Source: Verrucomicrobiota bacterium (lineage in GTDB: Bacteria > Verrucomicrobiota > Verrucomicrobiia > Limisphaerales > CANJXF01). Taken from it: a stretch of DNA of 18,300 nt. Made by a program: the position numbers and the translations under genes. Below the pieces are notes generated by a model. That model was not told the DNA's origin. It saw only the letters and a list, made by a program, of their open reading frames with translations, and did no database searches. This document shows positions 13,689 through 18,300 of the stretch, one piece after another. The first letter of the stretch is position 1. Every line of letters begins with the position of its first letter. Where the stretch lies: assembly GCA_038214755.1 (NCBI GenBank), contig JBBQRQ010000103.1, forward strand, positions 1 through 18,300, written 5' to 3'.

Positions 13689-16600
13689 TCAATGTCCCGC
13701 CTGATGCTCCTGAATATATTCCTGTTTCAATCCGAGTTTTTCCGGCGCGTGCAGCACGAGCATCTTCATTCGCACATCAGACGGAATTTCTTTTCGCGTC
13801 AATTTAGAAACAACGATCATCAACGTGATGGATAAAGGCACAGCCCAGATGGCCGGTTGTTCGCAAAGAATTCTCAGCAGCGGATGCGTCGCGAAAAATT
13901 CCGACAACGGTTTCGCCCATGCCGCTTGATCCGCCACCATCGTGCTGACCACCGTAATTAAACTCGCCATTCCGCCCACCAACATTCCCGCCGCCGCGCC
14001 GCGCATGGTCATCCCGCGCCACCAGACCGACATGAACAGCAACGGAAAATAACTCGCCGCCGCAATCGCAAAGGCCCACCCGACCATTTTGTTGATCTCG
14101 AATTCTTTCACCAAAAATCCCAGGAGAATTGATCCGGCGCCACAAATGACCGCGCAGATTTTGAACATCCGCATCCGTTGGTCGGGCGTGGATTTCGGGC
14201 GAAAAATTCTGCCATAAACATCGTGCGCCAGCGCGCCGGTCATCGAGACGAGCAATCCGCTGAACGTGCTCATAAACGCGGCGAACGCTCCGGCGCAAGT
14301 CACGCCGCTGAGGATGGAACCCCATGGGATTTTATTTCGGTTGCTGGCAGTATCGGCGGCAGGTGAGAAAGTGGGTGAGTGAGAAAGTGAGCCAGTCTTA
14401 CCGGACGTTCCTCTCACTTTCTCACTTTCCCACTTTCCCACTTTCTCATTCAGAATGCGCGGCAGTTTCAAAACAATGCCGTCGGTTCCTTTGACTCCGG
14501 TGAGGCCGTTGTAAAGTTCCGGCATAAGATTGCGTCCCATCACGCCGAACACCGGCGGGAAAACATAAAACACGCCGATGAGAATCATCACCCACATCGT
14601 CGTGCGCTTGGCGGCGACGCCGTCGGGGTTCGTGTAAAAGCGAACGAGAATGTGCGGCAAACCCGCCGTCCCGCAAACCAGCGCGATGATGAGCGAGTAA
14701 GTGTAAAGCAGTGAATAAGGACGTGGATCAATTGGGATAATCTTTGCATCCTTCGTTGGAAAAGCTTTGAAGACATTCTCTGATTCTTGCCACAACGTTA
14801 TTCCTTCTTTCTGGAGTGCTGCTTCAATGTCTGCCGGTTTGTAAGTGAAAAGCACGCGGCCCGTCACGGTGTTTGTCTCGGTCTCAATCGCAACCAACGA
14901 GTGAAGTTCTCGTTCTCGGATGGACTCTGCAATTTCAAGCCGAAGTTTCGCCGTTGAACCAACATGCTGTGCCTTTTCGGGAACTAACATCTGAAGCGCC
15001 ATTCTAACGTTCACAGGTCCCGACATCGCAACGAAACGCGGAATTGGGCTGCCCGAGATTTTCGCTATGGTAGATTTGGCGGCATCTTTCAGCGAGGTTC
15101 CCGACCCATTGATTGGTTCGCCAATCATGGGGCCATCGTATCGAAGTGAAGGCTTCGCGGCTTTGGCGGCTTTGCTCGTGAGTGGGCCGAAAGGAGAAAT
15201 CCATTTTTGATCGGCTGGAGCTTTTTCAGGAAGTGGTTTGCGGATAGATTCGTTTGCCGAACTCCATTGCGCAAATCGCTTTTCGTAATCAGACATGGAA
15301 CTCTTTAGAACGGTTGCAACCTCTTCGTTCTCTAACTTGATGACGCTAATTCCCTCTGCTGCTAAGAAATTTTCTGCGTCCTGTCGCGATTGTTCCCGCG
15401 TTCGCACCTTGTTGAAAGCGGGATTGGGTTTCGCGTTCTGCCAAAGATTCGTCAGATTGTTCTCAACCCAGACTGTGTGGCGTGTAGCTGCGTTATAGCC
15501 GCCAATCGCCTGACCGATAGTAAGCGTTTCCATTCCGTCCACGTCTGGAGAATCCTCAAGCCAGCCGACGACAACTTCTGCTTTCTCCTTAACTGAACCA
15601 TCAGATTTTAGCGCAGGCTTAATCTCGTTTATCGAATGCCGATTATTTTTCGTGAACGCATAGAATTGCGCTGCAAATTCAGGATTCTGTTGAACATTGG
15701 ACGTTGGATGTTGGAAGTTTTTCCCATTCGCCCCCAATTGTTTCCCATAATGCCCATTCGTGATCGCAAATTTGTGGAGATTGGTCGTAACGACAATCGC
15801 GATCACATCAGGACTTACGTCAATCAAGGTCAAGCCGTTCGTGGCTAGGACTCGCTTAATATAAGTTGTAAACGCGGACGCTCCAACATTGCCTTTGGGT
15901 GCTGAAACTGTCGTCGTGTTCAACTGAACTTTCTGTCTCGCTCCGTCTTCGCCGAGTTGCATGTCAAAATAGATCGCGGAATTATCGCTGATGTTCAGCC
16001 GATACCTCGCGTAGGAACCGACCGCCATGTCTAGCGAACAACTCGGCTTCGGAAGCGAGAACCCAACCGCTCCAATTCCCAATCTTGCGGCTTTCAATCG
16101 TAATTCGCCCCATTTTCCAAGACGGAAGGTAACGCCCTGCTTATTGAAATCTTTTGGAAAATCCTCTGGATCGAAATGAATTTGGATTTTTGGAATTGAT
16201 ATTTCGCCATTCGCCCCGAGTTGCTTCCCATAATGCCCATACACACTCATCAGCACGAAAATCGGCACGGAGATGGCGAACATTTTGGCCCAGTATTGAA
16301 AGGCTTGCACCAACGTGATGCCTTTCATGCCGCCGAGCGCGACGTTGAGCGTGATGACCGCGCCGACCAGCGCAACGCCCACCCAATACGGCAAGCCCGG
16401 AAAAATGTAGGCGAGCGTCGTCCCGGCCCCTTTCATCTGCGGCATCGTGTAGAAAAATCCGATGAACAAAACGAAGATGACGGCGATCTTGCGGAAGAGC
16501 GGCGAATCGAATCGGCCTTCGGCAAAATCAGGAATCGTGTAAGCGCCGAAGCGTCGCAGCGGTCCGGCGATGAACAGCAGCAAAAATAAATAACCGCACG

Positions 16601-16847
16601 CATAACAAACCGGATACCAAAGCGCGTCGTAACCGGAACTCATCACCATCCCCGCGACGCCCATGAACGACGCGGCGCTCAAGTATTCGCCCGAGATTGC
16701 GCTCGCGTTCCAACCGACGCTCACGCTGCGTCCCGCAACGAAGAAGTCTGAAGCGGTTTTAGATTTTCTCGCTGACCAGAAGCCCATCGCGATGGTGGCG
16801 ATGACGGTGAGGGCGCTGAAGGTGAGAATCCAGGGATCGATGTTCAT
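13689..16847 (-). CDS. actP: Sodium:solute symporter, cation/acetate symporter ActP-like, 1052 aa with very large loop insertions
   Basis: DFFVAGRSV, NASAISGEYLSAASF, GAYTIPDF, GGMKGIT.VQ, GTAGLPHILVRFYTNPD, AFAAFMST.SGL, VGWAFAIAA; a DUF485 gene lies upstream. The substrate is inferred. Confidence 0.85.
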   Translation of the reverse strand: MNIDPWILTFSALTVIATIAMGFWSARKSKTASDFFVAGRSVSVGWNASAISGEYLSAASFMGVAGMVMSSGYDALWYPVCYACGYLFLLLFIAGPLRRFGAYTIPDFAEGRFDSPLFRKIAVIFVLFIGFFYTMPQMKGAGTTLAYIFPGLPYWVGVALVGAVITLNVALGGMKGITLVQAFQYWAKMFAISVPIFVLMSVYGHYGKQLGANGEISIPKIQIHFDPEDFPKDFNKQGVTFRLGKWGELRLKAARLGIGAVGFSLPKPSCSLDMAVGSYARYRLNISDNSAIYFDMQLGEDGARQKVQLNTTTVSAPKGNVGASAFTTYIKRVLATNGLTLIDVSPDVIAIVVTTNLHKFAITNGHYGKQLGANGKNFQHPTSNVQQNPEFAAQFYAFTKNNRHSINEIKPALKSDGSVKEKAEVVVGWLEDSPDVDGMETLTIGQAIGGYNAATRHTVWVENNLTNLWQNAKPNPAFNKVRTREQSRQDAENFLAAEGISVIKLENEEVATVLKSSMSDYEKRFAQWSSANESIRKPLPEKAPADQKWISPFGPLTSKAAKAAKPSLRYDGPMIGEPINGSGTSLKDAAKSTIAKISGSPIPRFVAMSGPVNVRMALQMLVPEKAQHVGSTAKLRLEIAESIRERELHSLVAIETETNTVTGRVLFTYKPADIEAALQKEGITLWQESENVFKAFPTKDAKIIPIDPRPYSLLYTYSLIIALVCGTAGLPHILVRFYTNPDGVAAKRTTMWVMILIGVFYVFPPVFGVMGRNLMPELYNGLTGVKGTDGIVLKLPRILNEKVGKWESEKVRGTSGKTGSLSHSPTFSPAADTASNRNKIPWGSILSGVTCAGAFAAFMSTFSGLLVSMTGALAHDVYGRIFRPKSTPDQRMRMFKICAVICGAGSILLGFLVKEFEINKMVGWAFAIAAASYFPLLFMSVWWRGMTMRGAAAGMLVGGMASLITVVSTMVADQAAWAKPLSEFFATHPLLRILCEQPAIWAVPLSITLMIVVSKLTRKEIPSDVRMKMLVLHAPEKLGLKQEYIQEHQAGH
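14364..14448. repeat. Octamer-unit inverted element (GAGAAAGT / CYCACTTT) inside the symporter CDS
   Basis: Left arm 14364-14391; right arm 14413-14448 is (CYCACTTT)x4.5; translated as EKVGKWESEKVR...SLSHSPTFS. Confidence 0.8.
15688..15719. repeat. Heptamer run (GTTGGAY-like, about x4) inside the symporter loop
   Basis: GTTGAAC-ATTGGAC-GTTGGAT-GTTGGAA-GTT; encodes NFQHPTSNVQ. Confidence 0.6.
15724..16240. repeat. 34-bp direct repeats (15724-15757 and 16207-16240) encoding GHYGKQLGANG, 483 bp apart
   Basis: 31 of 34 positions identical; all three differences leave the peptide unchanged. Confidence 0.9.
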
Positions 16848-16857
16848 TTATTTCAAC

Positions 16858-17008
16858 GTAGCGCAGGATTGCATCCTGCCGTATCGCCGGTTTGAAACCG
16901 GCTGAATGTTGGAACTAGAGAAAGTCTCCGGTTCCCGAAAGTCTTTCGTTCTGGCGGCGTCACGCAGGTTGAAAACCTGCGATACGGCAGGATCAAATCC
17001 TGCGCTAC
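16858..17008. repeat. GTAG-type REP-like doublet, same family as 1855-1962
   Basis: GTAGC-GCAGGATtgcATCCTGC-CGTATC-GCCGGTTtgaAACCGGC ... GCAGGTTgaaAACCTGC-GATACG-GCAGGATcaaATCCTGC-GCTAC. Confidence 0.9.
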
Positions 17009-17059
17009 AACTGACCAACTGACCGCCAGTTTGAATCACACCCGAACGCATCCCCGTGT

Positions 17060-17089
17060 TTGACGGGCATTCTCGGATTGGGTTAGCTT
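17060..17089 (+). promoter_or_regulatory. Possible sigma70 promoter of the TA operon
   Basis: TTGACG-18 bp-TAGCTT ending 17 bp before ATG 17107. Confidence 0.35.
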
Positions 17090-17106
17090 TGGTCGCTGGA
17101 ACGATT

Positions 17107-17346
17107 ATGAAAACATTAAGTATTTCTGAATTGATCAAGGACGCTCCCACTTTTGTTTCGCTCCTCAAACACGGCGAGGAAGTCGAGTTAACCGAGTCCG
17201 GCCGACGATTGGCAAAAGTGGTTCCCCATCGCGTCCACCGAACCGAGCCGCGTCCAATTGGTTTGGCTAAAGGGGAATTTGTGGTTCCAAAAGATTTCAA
17301 TGCTCCATTGCCGGAGGAAGTTTTGCGGGAATTTGAAGCGGAATGA
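17107..17346 (+). CDS. Type II antitoxin, Phd/YefM family, 79 aa
   Basis: MKTLSISEL...GEEVELTESGRRLAKVVP N-terminal pattern and acidic C-terminus DFNAPLPEEVLREFE; ATGA overlap with the toxin gene. Confidence 0.85.
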   Translation: MKTLSISELIKDAPTFVSLLKHGEEVELTESGRRLAKVVPHRVHRTEPRPIGLAKGEFVVPKDFNAPLPEEVLREFEAE

Positions 17347-17726
17347 AAATCCTGCTCGATACGTGCGAATTCCTTTGGCTGATTTCCGGTGACCCCTCCC
17401 TTCCGCCTGCAACCAAACAAGAGATTCAGAATCCGCAAAACGAAATTTTTCTCAGCGTCGTGTCGCTTTGGGAAATCATCATCAAACACGGCCTCGGAAA
17501 ATTGCCATTGCCGGAGGCAGCGGAGAGTTACATTCCGACTCAACGTGAAAAGCATGGAATTCTTTCGCTTTACCTGCGCGAGTCTGCGGTGAAACGATTG
17601 CGCGCGCTTCCCGCCCTGCATCGAGATCCGTTTGATCGAATGCTGATTTGCCAGACTCAGGACGAGGACATGCATTCGGCTTCGAGTGATCCTATTATTG
17701 CGCGCTATCCTGTGAGATTGCTCTGA
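17343..17726 (+). CDS. vapC: Type II toxin VapC, PIN-domain ribonuclease
   Basis: ILLDT, S.VSLWEI.IK, HRDPFDRMLI.Q and S.D acidic PIN motifs. Confidence 0.92.
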   Translation: MKILLDTCEFLWLISGDPSLPPATKQEIQNPQNEIFLSVVSLWEIIIKHGLGKLPLPEAAESYIPTQREKHGILSLYLRESAVKRLRALPALHRDPFDRMLICQTQDEDMHSASSDPIIARYPVRLL

Positions 17727-17738
17727 AATTTGCATGGC

Positions 17739-18077
17739 TTAATTGCCGGATTCGGCTTCGCTGGTTTCGCCTTTTTCCCGTGTTAGGACTTCACGTACTT
17801 CCGTCTCTTCCAGTGCGATAGATCGCTTGATGAAGACGTAGGAAATAATCCAGACGAATGGAAAAAAGAGAACGCCGAGAATAAACCACGTCAGCGTGAA
17901 TCCGAAAATACGCGTCGCCATCGCCTCTGGAAAAAAATAATTCGCCAGCGGCAAACCGAGCAGCGCAACTAAAAAAGTCAGCGCGCACGCGACGGAAAGT
18001 TTGAGTTGCCGTCGCATCAACGTGTGTAAAAAGCTTTCGCTGTGAATATCCAGTTTTTCCGGTGATTGATTTTTCAT
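17739..18077 (-). CDS. DUF485 (YjcH-like) small membrane protein, usual partner of ActP, 112 aa
   Basis: LMRRQL followed by two hydrophobic helices; upstream of and co-oriented with the actP-like gene; ATG at 18077. Confidence 0.75.
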   Translation of the reverse strand: MKNQSPEKLDIHSESFLHTLMRRQLKLSVACALTFLVALLGLPLANYFFPEAMATRIFGFTLTWFILGVLFFPFVWIISYVFIKRSIALEETEVREVLTREKGETSEAESGN

Positions 18078-18164
18078 GGGGCGGCAGTGATGTAACAAAG
18101 GCCGGAAACCGGAGCAACTGTTGTCTGGGAAAGAAATGAATTTTTCAACCACAGATGAACGGGC

Positions 18165-18300
18165 AAGTGTCATCTGATGTTGGTCAGGGAAGTGTCATCT
18201 GATCTAGGTCAGTCTGCTACAGTTTTGAGCATGAAAAACTCTCTGAAAAAGATCGGCAGGCGATGGTGTTGGCGGTGCGGCGCGGACAAACGCAGCGGCG
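18165..18300 (+). mobile_element. Probable left end of an IS (IS481-like) with the start of an HTH transposase, cut by the window edge
   Basis: Two 23-bp repeats AAGTGTCATCTGATnnnGGTCAG (18165-18187 and 18190-18212, 21/23 identical), followed by a frame reading KLSEKDRQAMVLAVRRGQTQR that resembles a transposase HTH start. Confidence 0.55.

Noticed and set aside
16848..17735. 295-aa minus-strand ORF exactly filling the DUF485-actP gap
   Set aside because: The fit is intriguing, but it is antisense to a clear antitoxin/VapC pair, ends in REP-derived sequence and has no recognisable domain; most likely spurious.
18165..18212. Two 23-bp direct repeats as a CRISPR start
   Set aside because: Only 2 bp separate them, so there is no spacer, and no cas genes are present; they fit IS terminal repeats better.

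Overview
An 18.3-kb bacterial chromosomal segment, probably Verrucomicrobiota (inferred from the repeat families and protein style, not verified). Gene order: sulfite reductase hemoprotein (cysI, -); divergent group I cysteine desulfurase (+); a stand-alone complex I membrane-arm cluster nuoL-nuoM-nuoM-nuoN with no other nuo genes in the window (+); DHDPS-family aldolase (+); an in-frame argJ'::'actP chimera (-); an orphan nucleotidyltransferase (-); a 1052-aa ActP-like sodium:solute symporter with a ~490-aa modular loop (-); a Phd/YefM-VapC toxin-antitoxin pair (+) splitting the DUF485-actP pair; DUF485 (-); and the probable left end of an IS. Most intergenic gaps, and several coding loops, hold palindromic elements (GTAG/GGAG REP-like doublets, or inverted arms built from 7-10-bp tandem units). 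The most notable observations are the apparent orphan '2M' module with a lengthened NuoL transverse helix, three possibly homologous domains stacked in the symporter loop behind a duplicated 34-bp anchor, a recombination scar whose duplicated actP end differs mostly at silent sites, and palindromes translated in frame inside membrane proteins.
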